A stretch of 63,467 nt of DNA, filler included, from Pelomyxa schiedti (lineage: Eukaryota; Protista; Evosea), in NCBI GenBank assembly GCA_020536535.1. It is 6 parts of 6 records of this genome, joined end to end, with 100 filler letters (N's around TTAATTAATTAA, not from the genome) between each part and the next. Parts side by side here need not be neighbours in the genome. Positions count along the whole stretch, not along the records: positions 1 to 10,681 come from JAHLWZ010001258.1; positions 10,782 to 14,170 come from JAHLWZ010001746.1; 4 more parts are not named here. One strand, written 5' to 3'. The translations under genes and the position numbers were made by a program. Below, one piece after another: positions 1 to 13,013 of this stretch; positions within the stretch are counted from its first letter, which is position 1, and each line of letters starts with the position of its first letter. Below the pieces are notes generated by a model. The model worked only from the letters and a program-made list of their open reading frames with translations. It made no database searches and had not been told where the DNA came from.

Positions 1-1625
1 ATTTGGTGCCAGATACATGGTGTCCCACACATCAGCCAGTTGCCCAGGGCACTTGAGCCCAGGGTGGAATGGGACACCTTCGTTGCTCGCACGAGGAAGT
101 ACAACTGGAACCCCTGCAAGGAGGAACTGTGTGGTTTGTGCACTTTTAGTTCTTTTAACTTCAAACCAACTCTGAGTAGAAGTAGAAAACCCCAATACAG
201 TGACCCTACGCGATTTCAACGAATTTTATGAGTCAATGCTGCAGAATCGCACTACACGGCACTCCTATTCAGCATCATAGGACCATCATACTGGCACAAC
301 GTCACACAAACTCTTGCCCTTCATCCCATCCACACACTATACATAAGCCACCTGTTGTTATCAGAATCAGAAACATACAAAGAACCAACAACAATTTTTT
401 TTTGCATTTTTACACTGGCCATCAAAAATTGCACAGCGATACGGGGGCGACGCTGTGTCGTCTGGACGGAAGATCTAGATTCGTTGTTGGATGCGGCATT
501 CGCACTGAGGCACGGTTCCTAGCGGAAGTCGTTACCAGAAACCTACCTCAGTTCGAACGACGGAACTCGTGCATCAACCAACCGACTGCTGGATCTGGGG
601 ACGACCACCACCTGTTATGGCGGGAATAGGACACCGACGATGTCGGCGGACAACGGCAACACTAGATCTAAAGTCTGCGACTACCTAGATTTCCCAAACT
701 CCAACTTTTTCGGTTCGTAACGGCACAGACATAGACACCTGACGATTACTGGCGAACTAAACGTGCCGAGGAATCAGTCAACGAAACTCTACAATTACGC
801 AACTACAAAGTAGCCACAAACAAGCGACACTCAAGGACTTTGCGAGGTTGTTGCAACAGTGGTGATAGTATGGCGAGCAACATGCGTACTTGTGGGAGAT
901 GTGGTCTGTTCTACGCGACGGAGGTGTGCCCAACTTGTTTCCCCGCTGCGGCCGCGGCCAGTCTTTTTGGGCCTGGGGGAACGGGAAGTTTCACCAGCTC
1001 AATCGAAGTCACTGACGGTGTGGCTGTGTGGTTTTTGATTAATGCATATACTAACTCAGGAGCTATTACATTGAGCTATTAACTCAATACATACAACAGA
1101 AGAATGCATTCGCGTTTCTCTTTACACTCCTTGCATGTGACTAATTGACGTGTTATTAGCCAGTGGAAAGTACACTGGGCAATTCCAGACCGTTCGACAA
1201 GTGCCTGCTGTCATTGCCACAGTTCCTACAATGACTGGCCAAACCAGTGGACAAGCCCCTGGAGCGGCGAGTGTCAACAACACTGAGGGAGCTTGTGGTG
1301 AGGGTGCTGCCAATGTGAATGTGGGAGGTTCTGGCAGGGAACAAGAACAGCAGGACAAGGACAGGAACACGGGGCTTGGTGTTGGGACTGAGACTGGGAA
1401 AAATGCATCTGAGAGTGAGTTTGGGAAGCCTGAGGAGCAAGGGGGAAAGGCCAATTTGCGCGATGAGGGAGAACGTGAAGGTGGTGCTGCTGAGTGGTGA
1501 CGTGAGTGTGAGTGACTGGGATTCTGTGGTTGCGATTGGGATTGTGGAGTGAAACCATGTGAATGCATAGTGGGGAAAAAAAAAGCGAGAGTTACTTGCT
1601 AAAGCTTGTTTTTCTTTGTTGGTTT

Positions 1626-2838
1626 TTAGCCAGAGGCGGATAGAATTGAGATAGAGGGTGCTATGTAAGTTGGTTTATGTCTCATGAGTGGCACGTCATC
1701 AGGCTTTGTAACACCTGTAAGTACAAGCATGGTTTGTATCCCGCAGCTTGTTCCAAACTCGATGTCACTCTGTGCGGAATTTGAGGAGAATTTATTTGAA
1801 GGGAGTAAGTTTACGCATGCATCTCCAATGAAAAGAACCCGAGATAATGGAGTGCCGCTGCCCACAGAGTCCAGAAAGAATCTTGCCATTGGTTGTTCTG
1901 GTTTCCCAATTATTGCAGCCTTGCGTCCTACTGAGGATTCTACTGCTGCCAGTATACACCCAACATCTGGGTACGTTGTATCACCATATTGATTGTGTAC
2001 TGGAAATACCTTGTCACTAGACATGTCAGGAGAAAGGAATAATTCAGGAAAGTACCAATTGGTGGCAAAGAATAATGTTGACTCGTTTCGTAGGTACTGA
2101 GAGGCATATACAAGTTTTGGATAGGAGAAATTTGGGTCAAACCCAACCAGCACCGCTGATACTGATTCTACACTTGAGAATTACCATAGAAGTGAGACCC
2201 GTGATTGGGTGATGGAAATTACGGCAGAGTGAAGTCTCTCCAAAATTCAGGCGTTGCTTTTGGTTCTGCTTCACTGTAGCATACAAAATTGTTTTGCATT
2301 AACTGATCTCTTATCTCATCAGAGCCCACAAGAAACACCGTTTTTGGTCCTGGACACAGTAAGGGTAACGAAAATGGGTTGCAAGCACTCTACCGGTTAT
2401 TGTTTTAGAGAGGTGCCACATTGTGGCTCTTGCTGCAGAAATGTAATCCTGTTCCTCAACTTTGAAAAATCAGGAGTTGGACCTTTGCAAGAAGCAATAC
2501 CATTGATATCAAAAACACTTGACATTATGCTTATGAACCCAGTGGGTCTTTCTATTCGGTTGGATACAAACATTACTCTTTTATTCAGTTCTTTAACCCT
2601 ACGTAACGCTTGGTTCATTGATGAGAATGGAGCAATACGTGTACAGCACAAACCTTCTTTAGCCCCAGGAACAGGACTCCTCCCAATGAATAGAACTCCA
2701 TCCAAATCAAACGCCTGTGAATTCATTTCAATCAACAAACCATCAAGGCCTAAAGTTTACCACAACGTCAAATTGATTCAAAAATTCCGTGGTTTCCTCA
2801 TACGACATGTCCTTCAATGCCGCAGTGCCGTGGCTCAT
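1626..2838 (-). CDS. HAD-superfamily subfamily IIA hydrolase (phosphoglycolate/pyridoxal phosphatase-like), multi-exon
   Basis: Spliced reading MSHGTAALKDMSYEETTEFLNQFDVV/AFDLDGVLFIG gives motif I (DxDG). Later exons give VMFVSN (II), GKP (III), VLFIGD..SDIEFG (IV) and LVLTGVT. GT-AG introns; stop TAA at 1626-1628. Confidence 0.9.
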
Positions 2839-2922
2839 CACTGATAATAAATATTAAAGATCCAGTTGATTTTCCCATAAAAGAGCCAGAAAGAAATTCC
2901 TTGTGAGTTTTTCCTGCCAGCA
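2839..2922. promoter_or_regulatory. 84-bp divergent intergenic region (putative bidirectional promoter)
   Basis: Lies between the ATG of the HAD gene (2838, minus) and the ATG of the carbonic anhydrase (2923, plus). AT-rich. Confidence 0.5.
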
Positions 2923-3999
2923 ATGAAAACTGTTCTCTGTGCTGCGGTTGTGGTGTTGTGTTGTGTTGTCGGTTGCAAGGCCGGTGCCGGGTTTGGTGTG
3001 GACTGGGGTTATGAGGATGATGGGGATATTTTAGGTTTGTTGTGGCGGTTTATTTATCAGTTCGTTCAGTAACTTCCTTTTCTATAAGGTCCAGAGAATT
3101 GGTACAAAGATTATCCCGCGTGCGGGACAGGTGCTCCTAGTGAACACCAGTCTCCAATAGATATTCCTACGAAAAAAGCTGTGGAAACAAAACTGCCACC
3201 TTTGAATTTCAGGGATACCAATCCTGGAAATTCACTTCAGGCATCAAACTTGGGGTCCACAATTCAAGTTGATGTACCTGATAACCGTATGTGAGTACTA
3301 TGGCTATCCGAGATAATGAACGAATACCCTCAGAACAAGGCTTCTTCTCTTTCTTGGATCCAAGAAACTCCTCGAACGTCTATATTTTGGCTCAGTTTCA
3401 TTTCCACTGGTCTGACGAAACTCTTTCGGGATCAGAACACACTATAAATAACCTCTACGTACAGTTTAGCCACTGCTCCTTTTTCCATTCTTTTCTTGGT
3501 ACTGACATTTATTCAGTTCCCTGTTGAATTGCACATGGTTCATTATTTGTCAACGTTTCCAGATATTTCTACAGCAATAGCCTCACAACTTCCCAATGCA
3601 TTGTCAGTGGTGGGGGTTATGTATGGGATAGGCGCGCAAAATACTGCACTCACGCCCCTCACCGACATTATACCCTCCTCGCTCCACTATGAGTACGATT
3701 CCTCAGAAGTATCCGGGATCAACCTCTCCGCGCTCCTTCCACCGCTTCCAGTCCCTCAGTACTTCGACTACGATGGATCTCTCACAACTCCCGGCTGCGA
3801 CGAAGTTGTGCAGTGGTTGGTTCTACCACAGGCAATGACGATCTCCCAGTCCCAGCTAGATGCATTCCGCTCCATATCACACAACCCCAATCCCGACCAC
3901 ACCAAAACGCGAGATCTCGCAACTGAAGTCGATGTGATCTGCAACGCCAGGCCAATACAACCCCTGAATGACCGGACCATAATCTCCCCCCTTCTGTGA
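2923..3999 (+). CDS. Alpha-class carbonic anhydrase, secreted or membrane-associated, 4 exons
   Basis: Signal peptide MKTVLCAAVVVLCCVVGC; W-G-Y, GPENW and QSPIDI motifs; Zn ligands in QFHFHW and ELHMVH; GSEHT; YDGSLTTPGCDEVVQW; NARPIQPLNDR. Three GT-AG introns restore the frame. Confidence 0.93.
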
Positions 4000-4185
4000 C
4001 ACCCCTTCGCACGCGTGGCTTCGCGATGGTTTAATTAATAAATTATAAGATCTGCGGTACGTTCTTCCAAGGTGGTACACTTTTGTTGATTTTTTCTCGG
4101 TCTGGCGTTAATTCCCTGCAAGCAACGAAATTGAAGACCAACCATTAAAACAAAATAAAAAAATAAAAAAACCCAACAAGGCGAG

Positions 4186-6113
4186 ATGAGTGACACGAAG
4201 AGAAAGCACAGGCATAGGCACCATTCTGACGAAGAGACGGAAGAGCGACCGGAGCCCGTTGAAGAACACGACGGACACGGCGGTGAGGAGGAAAGCACGG
4301 AGGAAACTGAATCACACCACCACCACAAGCACCATCACAAAAAGCACGCTGATGGAGAGGAGGAGACCGCTACTACTACGACTACGAGTGCAGCTGCTGC
4401 CACGCCCCCAGAGGACCCACCTAAAAGAAAGGGAAAAAGACACCATGAAGAAGAGTCTGCAGGTAAGGCTTCCGAATTGATGTTCCAAAATCCTAACTTA
4501 CTCAGCTGCTCCTGTTGATACTACCCCAAAAAATCATGACGGTTCGCGCAACACTTTTCCAGTAAATTAATTGATTTTTCCTCCTCTCTTATTCAGAACA
4601 TACGCTTGAAGCTCTAGTAGCGAAATTGAATAGTGATATTGGAAGTGGAAAAACCAAGCACATGCAGGGATTCTGCCAATATTGTCAGGAGTACAGTGCA
4701 GCTCTAAGTAAAGCTGCAGCACTGGGTCCTGCTGACGTAGAAGGTTTTGATAACTAGTAGAATGCTTGCAAGTTCCTTCTCTTGCGACTGACCTTCAAAA
4801 GGCTTGATAAAAAATCTTCGTAGTGGCACCAATGTCACGTTATCGTTGTTGTCACTCAACTTTGTCACTAGACAACGTACGCCCCTACCCTAATATAGGG
4901 TATTCCAACATTCACAATAGAAACAACGCATACACCTCTCGTGGAGGGTGACGGACTGGAAGTCATTGTTCATTTACTCAATGAGTCTACTGGTGAAGAT
5001 GCTATCCAGTCTGTCACAAGTTGTACCAGAGTGTTATCAAATCTGGTTCAAACTCGTATGAATCGTCATGCCAGTACTTCCGGAATAACACGTAACACCG
5101 ACCACAGAGAAAGGGCAAACAGTTCTTAAAAAGGATATTTCACTATGCAACACAATACTACATGTATTTGCTAGTCATGCTCACAATATGGATATCCAAC
5201 AAAATTGCATGAATGTAATGTCAGTGTTGGTCTCATCAGTTGGTATCCTAATCAACCTGAAATCAAGTAATAAAAAAAACAGAGGCAAGAGCACTTATCT
5301 TGGAACCGGCTGTTATTTCCCAAGTTATCTCCACTTTGGGAGAATTTAAAACCGTTCAAAGAACCCAAGAGATTGGAGTGTGGTGCATTTATTCTATAAG
5401 CATCCCCGGTAAATTTATTCTATTTGTAAAATCTTTTTCTGAGAGCTGAAAGAAAAGGGACAGAGACTCTTACTAGATTCTGAAGCAATCAATTGTGTGA
5501 TTTCAGCGTTGCAAGCTTTCCCGAAGCTTGAATCCCTTGTTGCGCGATCCATGACGGCGTTGCAACAACTCACTTTTCAAGCAGGTTGGGTTTTTAAAGA
5601 AACAAAAAACTAAGGTTACTTCACAGCCCCAAACTATTTGCGAACTTTCCATCAGATAGGAGGATTAAGTTACGTTGTCACTGCACTTAAAGACTTCAAG
5701 ACCAACGCACAGATTCAGGCGCGATGCTGCTCCATAATAGCCAATATTGGAAAAGACAGTAAGTTCAATCGACATAGAAAACATCTCACGCTTAAAAGAG
5801 AATGCTAGAACCGAAATGCAGGACACGGGATGCATTGATTTGATTATTGAATCCCTCAAAGCACACGAAACTGACCATGATGTTGCTGAAGCAGCTATTG
5901 TGGCTCTCTCGGTTCTTGTCACCACTGGTTGAACCCTATGTAGAATCTAATGTCAAACTAATCACTGCCTAAGACCAAGCCAAGCAGAAGTTCTACGAGC
6001 TTGATGGGCATATCCGAGTAAGCGATGCAATGAAGCGGTTCAGTGATTCTTCCCGGCTGCAATCCTTATCCCAAAACCTGATCAAGGGAACTGGTTCCTG
6101 TTCCCTAATGTGA
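4186..6113 (+). CDS. Armadillo/HEAT-like repeat protein with His/Glu-rich N-terminus and C-terminal CaaX (CSLM)
   Basis: First exon MSDTKRKHRHRHH..ESHHHHKHHHKKH. Helical repeats such as GLEVIVHLL..CTRVLSNL and GCIDLIIESLKAH..AEAAIVALSVL. Last intron (about 5929-5972) gives TT/DQAKQKFYELDG..KGTGSCSLM*. Confidence 0.6.
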
Positions 6114-6286
6114 CCCTTGTAAGAGGAAAAGCAATATGTAAAGATTAACCGGCTTCCTCATGAGGCCACAAAAGAGTTGCCCTCAAAGAAGTGTTTTCGA
6201 GATAGTTTTTGGGTTTCAGGCACACTTCAGAGGTAATGCCAACCAAATAACAAGGGTTGTATTGACAAAATGAAGTACAACACTAT

Positions 6287-9200
6287 TCATACAAGAACTT
6301 CGGGAATGTGGAGGTACAAAACTGTCACAACAGGCAACAACATGTCGGGAATTGCGGCAACTGTTGTCCATGAAGGCATGGAATCAATTATGCCTGACAG
6401 TGCGTCGTCAGTGTCTGGCGATTGTGTCCATACCGTGACGTTGCAGGATTTCATGTTGAGTGTGGTTGCAGATATCGTGTGCGTGGTGAGCTGCGGGTTC
6501 CCTCCAGAGAACTTGGATGAAGTCAGAGGTGAGCTGTGTGTATGGGTTGTAGAGAGTTGAAAGTTAGTGCTTCTCTGTGTATGAAAAGTAATGAATGCAG
6601 TGCAACTTACTTCGCCAGAACACCATTTATTGTCAAGTTCTTTAGTGATGTACCAAGTTCGCAATTGAAACTGCAGTTGAAGCGGGGATGCCTTGTTTTG
6701 TCAATATGGAAGTTAATGGCCCGGTAAGAGCCATCGTGGTGCCATTCGTTGTGATCGAGCTAAAAATTGTAGTTGTTACACGGAAAAAAAGAGAGGGATG
6801 TGAACCATGATAAGTTCTGGTGGGTCAGAGTACAGAGTACGGTTAACACACACACCTCTGCTATCTGACCAGAAAGACTTGCAGTAAAATGCATCTGGAT
6901 ATCCATTGCTGTGTAGGTGGGACATTATTTCATCAACTCTCATGCCTTCTTCTGGTACAATTGAAATCTTGGTAGAGTCACTTGTAATTTGTTATGGATT
7001 GGAGCATACAAAAGAGCTATTGGTGGAACTGTCAAATATATAGTTTGGTACGTAGCGCAAAGGCATGGAATTGGTGAAAGCAGGCAGAAAAATAGATGCA
7101 ATCAACAAAGCTATCAATGGAACCAGAAGAATGATAAGGACCCAGTGTCGACCTATACTTCTAGCCCCTTGAATCCGGTCTCGATCATATTTCTATTCCA
7201 GACAATATGAGAAGTGAAAGACAAAAAGGAAAGCGCACTTGGGTCCTAAACAAGGGCCACAGTGGCCTGGAATATAGGTTTGGTAAGTAGTGATCCGAAG
7301 AAAAAAGGCTACTTGCCAACTTGGCATAATAATATCTTTTCCACCATATGAAAACGCCATCAAGCACTGAATGGATACCTTACTGTGTGAGCTGTGAGCA
7401 GAGCGAGTGAGAGAGTACCAAGAAGAAAAAAGCAACAGCAACAGAAAAAAAGATTGATCCCGGAAACTGTCTTGCTATCAGCCTTGGCCCTAAAGCAGCC
7501 ATAGAGAAGATCTAAGAGGGATAAGCGCTTTACCAAAGAAAGAGAAAGGGAGATACCACAGATGGGAACCCAAAGAAAAAAGGGTACCACACTAAAACTA
7601 AAAATGGCACCCAATCCAGCAAAAGAGGTACCCATAGCTGAGTTTTCCATTTCTTTAGGGTATAACTAGTTAGTCACTATGGAAAGTCAAGATACTTTAA
7701 GTTTATTGGTAACTTGAGTTGAACTACCTTCAAGTTCGATTTAAACAAATATTTTGTAAAAAAATGAATAGAAATAGCAAGTGGACATCCAATGATTGGG
7801 TATAGAAAGATAACGGAGAATCTGAAATCACATAACATGAAAACAAGGAATAAAACGGAATATTTTCGAGGCAGTAAAGGAAGACAGTTGTGCAGCAAAA
7901 AACGGTGACGAAAAGGATATAATAATGTATATGCCGCTAAAGTTGACCAGAGCAAATAATCGCCATTTACCTTTCTCAGAGTGTTGTGCTGGTGAAATTT
8001 CCACATGCAATAGCTGAAAAGTAACTGAGCACAAATAATGCCAATACAAGATGCTAATATCGACCTTGGTACAACTCAATTTGCTACCCAATGAACCACA
8101 AGTACATACATGGAACCGACTGCATAGTGATTGGCATTAAAGGAAGTTGCATTTGTGCAGACCAATATCGCAGATAAGATGACAGGAAAACCAATCCCAA
8201 GGAGTACTTCCAATAAAGCAAACATGAAACTCAAGGTGAACATCACTGCTTGTTGGGCCACTCGGAGAAGTGGTTTGCTTGCTCTCTTTGCAGTTATAAT
8301 GATGTACAAAATAACACCAGTGACTGTGAATCCCATGGAACACAATGCGACAATCCAGGTGCTTTCTATTGATACTACAAACTGCATTCCTGGACCAGAC
8401 AAAGCAACATAAGATCTTGACTGGTTGACTCGACTAAGATCCGATGTAAGAAGATTATTGACCACATGCCTGAAGAAGAGATAGCACGGAAGTCAGGACA
8501 AATTAGAACTAAGAAACAAACTACATAAGGGTGTCCCCATCATGTTGAATGGCACCTTCAACAACAGAATCCAGGGTGTCGGATTCTGTGAAGAATACCT
8601 CAGCGTTCAGTACATGTGTAAACTCCAATCCAGGGATCCCAAAGCTTCTGAACACTTCCAAAATAGTGAACAATAACTCATGTGAAGACTAGGAACCTGA
8701 TAAATCTGTGTTTGTGCCCACTAGGCGTTTTCTAATAATAACGCAATAAGGGTGAAAAGTGAAGCAGGGCAGGGCAGAAAGGAGTACCGTAAGAAATCAT
8801 CTAATATGGGAACGGAGAGTAAACGAGGTGCATCATCGCAAAAGGAAGAGAGCCCCTTTAAATTTGTCTGTACTAGTACAGCACCCTGAGATGCTGCACC
8901 AACAGAATCAATATTGATTACAGCGCGAACATCTCTGCCCACAGTAAATAGTTTAGATACCTAAATGGATTGGAGGTGAGTAATAAAACTTACTTGTTCC
9001 AACCACTGCCAGTCATGAAGTTGTAAGCACCCATTTGTCCTTCGACATCCACACCAAATACTGCTATTAAGGACGACTTGGTTTTTGTGAAGGAAAATAT
9101 TGTGTAAAGGGAAGAAAGTTGGACTAATTTGTCAGTTATTGTGTTGGATATCTCAATGTAGCCTTGGGATTGTTCACTATTGTTCGCACAATTTCAATAA

Positions 9201-10256
9201 TTTCCACAACTCCAACAAGATCATCAGAAATTCCAGGACTGTTTCCGCTTGGAATAAAATTAAAAAAAAAGAGAAGAGACCTTCCTATTGCTGAGTCTGA
9301 GGTTTTAAATTAGCAGGCACTTTTTAAAAGTTATGAGAAGGCGGTACCAAGGTGAGAGCACAATAGGAGGGCATCACTTAGAGAATCTATGTGGAAAGAA
9401 TTTAAAAGAATGAACCACTTGGTTTGAGGAGAACCATTTGTGGAAATGTGGGCTGCTATTAATGGGTAACTTGACCAAAGAGTCTGAGTAAAAGGGGATC
9501 CCCCACCAGAGGTGTTCCTACAGCCAAACGGAATAAGGATTTGTTGCCATGGTGCCAACTTACCAAAATTGTATTTCCATCTTTACACCAGGGTTTGTTT
9601 TCTCCTGGTCAATTTTATACAACTGTGATACTATATAATCAGCAGTGTCCAGAAGCTCTGCTGTCCCAGCATAACGTGTTGGGGCGAATGCTTGAATTTA
9701 TTTCAAAGATGAGACAACGCGCATTAAAGTGGCTTCACTCTCCCCACAATCAACCTGAAATTGTGTGCAACATGTCCCTCGCTCTGCCCTCAGAAAAGTC
9801 ATCGACGGGCGCGCTGCTGGAGCTTGCGGCAGGGAGGCACCACAGCCACGCCCAACAAGAGCACGCCGCGCAGACGGCGACGACGGCGGCGAAAATGAGC
9901 CACCACAAGGCGGCGTTTCCGAGGAAATGGCGCCCCGGCGACGCGCGCGGAGTCGCGCCTGACGACCACAGCAACAGGGGGTCGTCCTCGTGGTCGATGT
10001 CGATGTCGTCGTCCAGAGACGGGGATCTCGACACCGAGATGACGCTGTCGTCGAAAGATCTCAGGGACGGCGGCGCGGGGCCCTGCGTCTTTTTCTTCTT
10101 TTTCGTTGTGTTGTAGGGCGGTTTCGAGGCTGCTGTGCCCCCCGCCGACGAAGTGGACTTTGTCGAAGATACGGCAGACCTGCGACCACTGGGCAGCAGC
10201 TCCAAACTCACCAGCAACGATTTCGACGTCAACGATGGAGGGTCCCCTTGGAACAT
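6287..10256 (-). CDS. M28 family ER metallopeptidase (ERMP1/FXNA-like), multi-pass membrane protein
   Basis: N-terminal TM helix then FSEGRARDMLHTIS. Spliced DALLLCSHL/DSAIG/SPGISDDLVGVVEIIEIVR; VRAVINIDSVG; several hydrophobic exons at 7000-8460; C-terminus PSWTTVAAIP..EVLV* at 6287. Start codon uncertain. Confidence 0.82.
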
Positions 10257-10681
10257 TTTTTCGTCTGTTCCGGCCTCTTCCGGGAATCCCCATCACCAAG
10301 ATCATGTCAATGCAAGCACACAGTTTCTACTCAATCCTCCTTACCTCCATATCTACCTCCCTCTCTTGTGGGGGGGGGGGGGGGGGGGGGCGCCAGTTAT
10401 GACAATGAACTGGAGACAGTTCTCAGGCGCCGCGATGGTGATAATTAAACAAGTGCCTCTCTCCTGCTTACAGCCCTGGATTCTAAGTGGCTAAATTTTT
10501 TCAATACCAGACCGCGAGGTTTTAGCTTAGAAAAAATTCGACAGCCTCCCCCCCCACACGCACTGGGCAGCAGCTCCAAACTCACCAGCAACGATTTCGA
10601 CGTCAACGATGGAGGGTCCCCTTGGAACATTTTTTCGTCTGTTCCGGCCTCTTCCGGGAATCCCCATCACCAAGATCATGT
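10187..10681. repeat. 121-bp exact direct repeat (10187-10307 and 10561-10681) at the contig end
   Basis: The sequence cactgggcagcagctccaaactc...accaagatcatgt occurs twice; the second copy runs into the spacer. Confidence 0.9.
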
Positions 10682-10781
10682 NNNNNNNNNNNNNNNNNNN
10701 NNNNNNNNNNNNNNNNNNNNNNNNNTTAATTAATTAANNNNNNNNNNNNNNNNNNNNNNNNNNNNNNNNNNNNNNNNNNNN
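10682..10781. other. Artificial contig-joining spacer (44N-TTAATTAATTAA-44N)
   Basis: Six-frame-stop linker flanked by Ns; identical at five positions. Confidence 0.97.
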
Positions 10782-13013
10782 TCTCCAAGTCAGTGCCAGT
10801 GCCAGGGAGTTTGAGTTTTTTGGCGGGGGACAGAACTGTCCCACCGCCCTCCCCCGAGTCTATGCTTCCTTCCGCGAGGTGCAATAGTCTTTCTTCCACT
10901 GGGACATTGTCACTTCGAAGGATCTTGGAAATAGTTACACAGCACGCAGGTTGGTGTGTTTTCGACGAGGAGTTTGTGTTTGCGTTACGGGGTTGGGTTG
11001 GTGTTGGGTTTGTGTTGCGTACCGGGTTGTTTGCCGCGACGCGTGTCAGCCGGGGCGATTAATTTGTAAAAAAAATGAAAGAAGTGGGTCTGCCCTTCAA
11101 AAGCATTATTACAATTATAATTTTGGAAAGCAATTGCGCAACTGTTAAGACTTTTGAGAGATCTCAATGGAGTGTTTCTAAAAATCTATTTTAGCGTAAG
11201 ATGCCACATTGAAAAAAACGGCCTGTTCTGTCTACCACGAGATTGGTTGTTTTGTTGTGTGCGCAACAATTCATTTTGATACAATCAAAAAAAAAAGACA
11301 ATCATACGGTCGGTGTCCACTGCTGAAGATCCGATCTTGTGGTCGTGGCCGACGTGTGTGCGGTTTGGAAAATCAAAATTCTTGCCGAACGGAACGGAAC
11401 AGGACGTTCGACCAACAAACTTGTGCTTGCTTTTCTCGTGTGTAATCGCATCGTGTGTGCACGACAAGAGGTCGGTGCCTATTGAGTGGCGCTGGGCAAT
11501 CATCACGTAACGACTGTGCGTTTTGTTCTCCTCTTAGCAGCAACAGCGGGGCAACAGCGGGGGAATTATGGGAAGCTGGTTGTGCCGCTAATGAAGGGGA
11601 TGGGGCGGCAGTGGGAGGGGTTAGGGAGTCCTTGTGGTGCTGCTTGTTCACTGTCATCTGGTGTGTGTTGGTGGGATGGCAGTTACAAAATAACAGCGTT
11701 TTCAAGAGAAAACGGAAAAATATTGATTAGATTTTGAACTGAATGGCAGAGTAAAACCACCCAAAGTACTACTGCATCCGGATGGCAAGCACAAGGTCAC
11801 ATTACTCCCAGACTTGGTACAGCACGAACCGGCAACCTGGATATCCCATAATGAATCACACAGGAGTTTCTTTGTTTTTATCAAGGTGCCTGGGGGAACA
11901 GAAGCTTACCCTCGCCATCGGATGGCGTTGTGAATTGATACTTTGGGGTAACTCGTATGATACTTCTCAACAACAAAAATGGGGAGCCGCTGATGCACCA
12001 AAGTGGAATCAAGGCAAAAATGATACCAAGCACAATGAGTGGGTCCGACACCCTCCGAGGGTATGACAAATTGTTTTTTTTTTTTTTTTGTTGTTGTTGT
12101 TCCTTACAATCAATGGTTGGTTGGTTGGTTGGTTGGTTGTGTGTCGCGCCTTGGGCATCCGGTTCAGCCCAATCGAGTTGTGGATTTGGATTTGGATTTG
12201 GAGCAAATAACCAAAATGGTGGAACATGTCTGGACCCAGGTCCAATTTCCCCTCCACAGGGAACAGAGAACAAGCTTGAGGCTGCTTTATGGTAAATAAT
12301 GTGAGTCCAAATTGGAACCGGCAACTTGCAGCAAAGAAGAATTGTTCCCTTCAATTCCAAGCACTATTGGATCGATATGTGGAACAAGTGGAACCCCACT
12401 GGTGTCAGGCTGAAGTTGGTTCCTTCCTTTGCTTCTTGGGCACCGGGGGAGAACTCTTGTTGACATTCATGACTTCTTCTGCTCGTTGATTCCTGCAGTC
12501 TGAACCATGTTGTGGCTTCTCTTCACCATTAGAGAACAGCTTTCTTGTGAACTTGGGGAGCCTGTGGTCTCAGAAGAAGGAGAAGTGGAGAGTGATGTGG
12601 TTGAAGTGTGGGCCACAATGGGTGCAGTGCAGAAGCCAAGTTGACAGGTTGTGAGTCTTCCTTTCCTTTTCTGCAAAGTAAGGATTGCATGCAGCTTACT
12701 GGGGTGTGAGCACCTTCTGGGATACTGCCTGCACTAGAATGCCCTGAAGTATATCTGGTACACCAGTACATCCATTGTCGCACCCCAGTGCCAAGCTCCT
12801 TGCACAAGAGGTCGCATTGGCATTCCACTGGATTCTTATGTCATCCATACATTTGTGGCATGCACACTCCACTCGTTGCCAACAGAGTGGGCAGTGATTT
12901 TCCCTGACTGGTATGGATGCCTTTCACAAATTTTTTCCCCTGTAAAAAAAATTTTTTTTTCCCACCAAGCAATAAGTTTTGAGTAATGAGGGAGTTTGGC
13001 CTAAATCTTTTTT

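Noticed and set aside
1-1600. ORFs at the start of the window, including a CxxC..CxxC peptide (840-1082) and a G/E-rich ORF (1150-1500)
   Set aside because: No recognisable family or consistent exon chain; cannot be supported as a gene call.
12110-12205. Telomere-like repeats (GGTT)n and (TTTGGA)n
   Set aside because: Only 3-5 units each and internal to the contig: ordinary microsatellites.
10782-13000. Short ORFs in the first part of piece B
   Set aside because: Low-complexity or motif-free; no supportable product.
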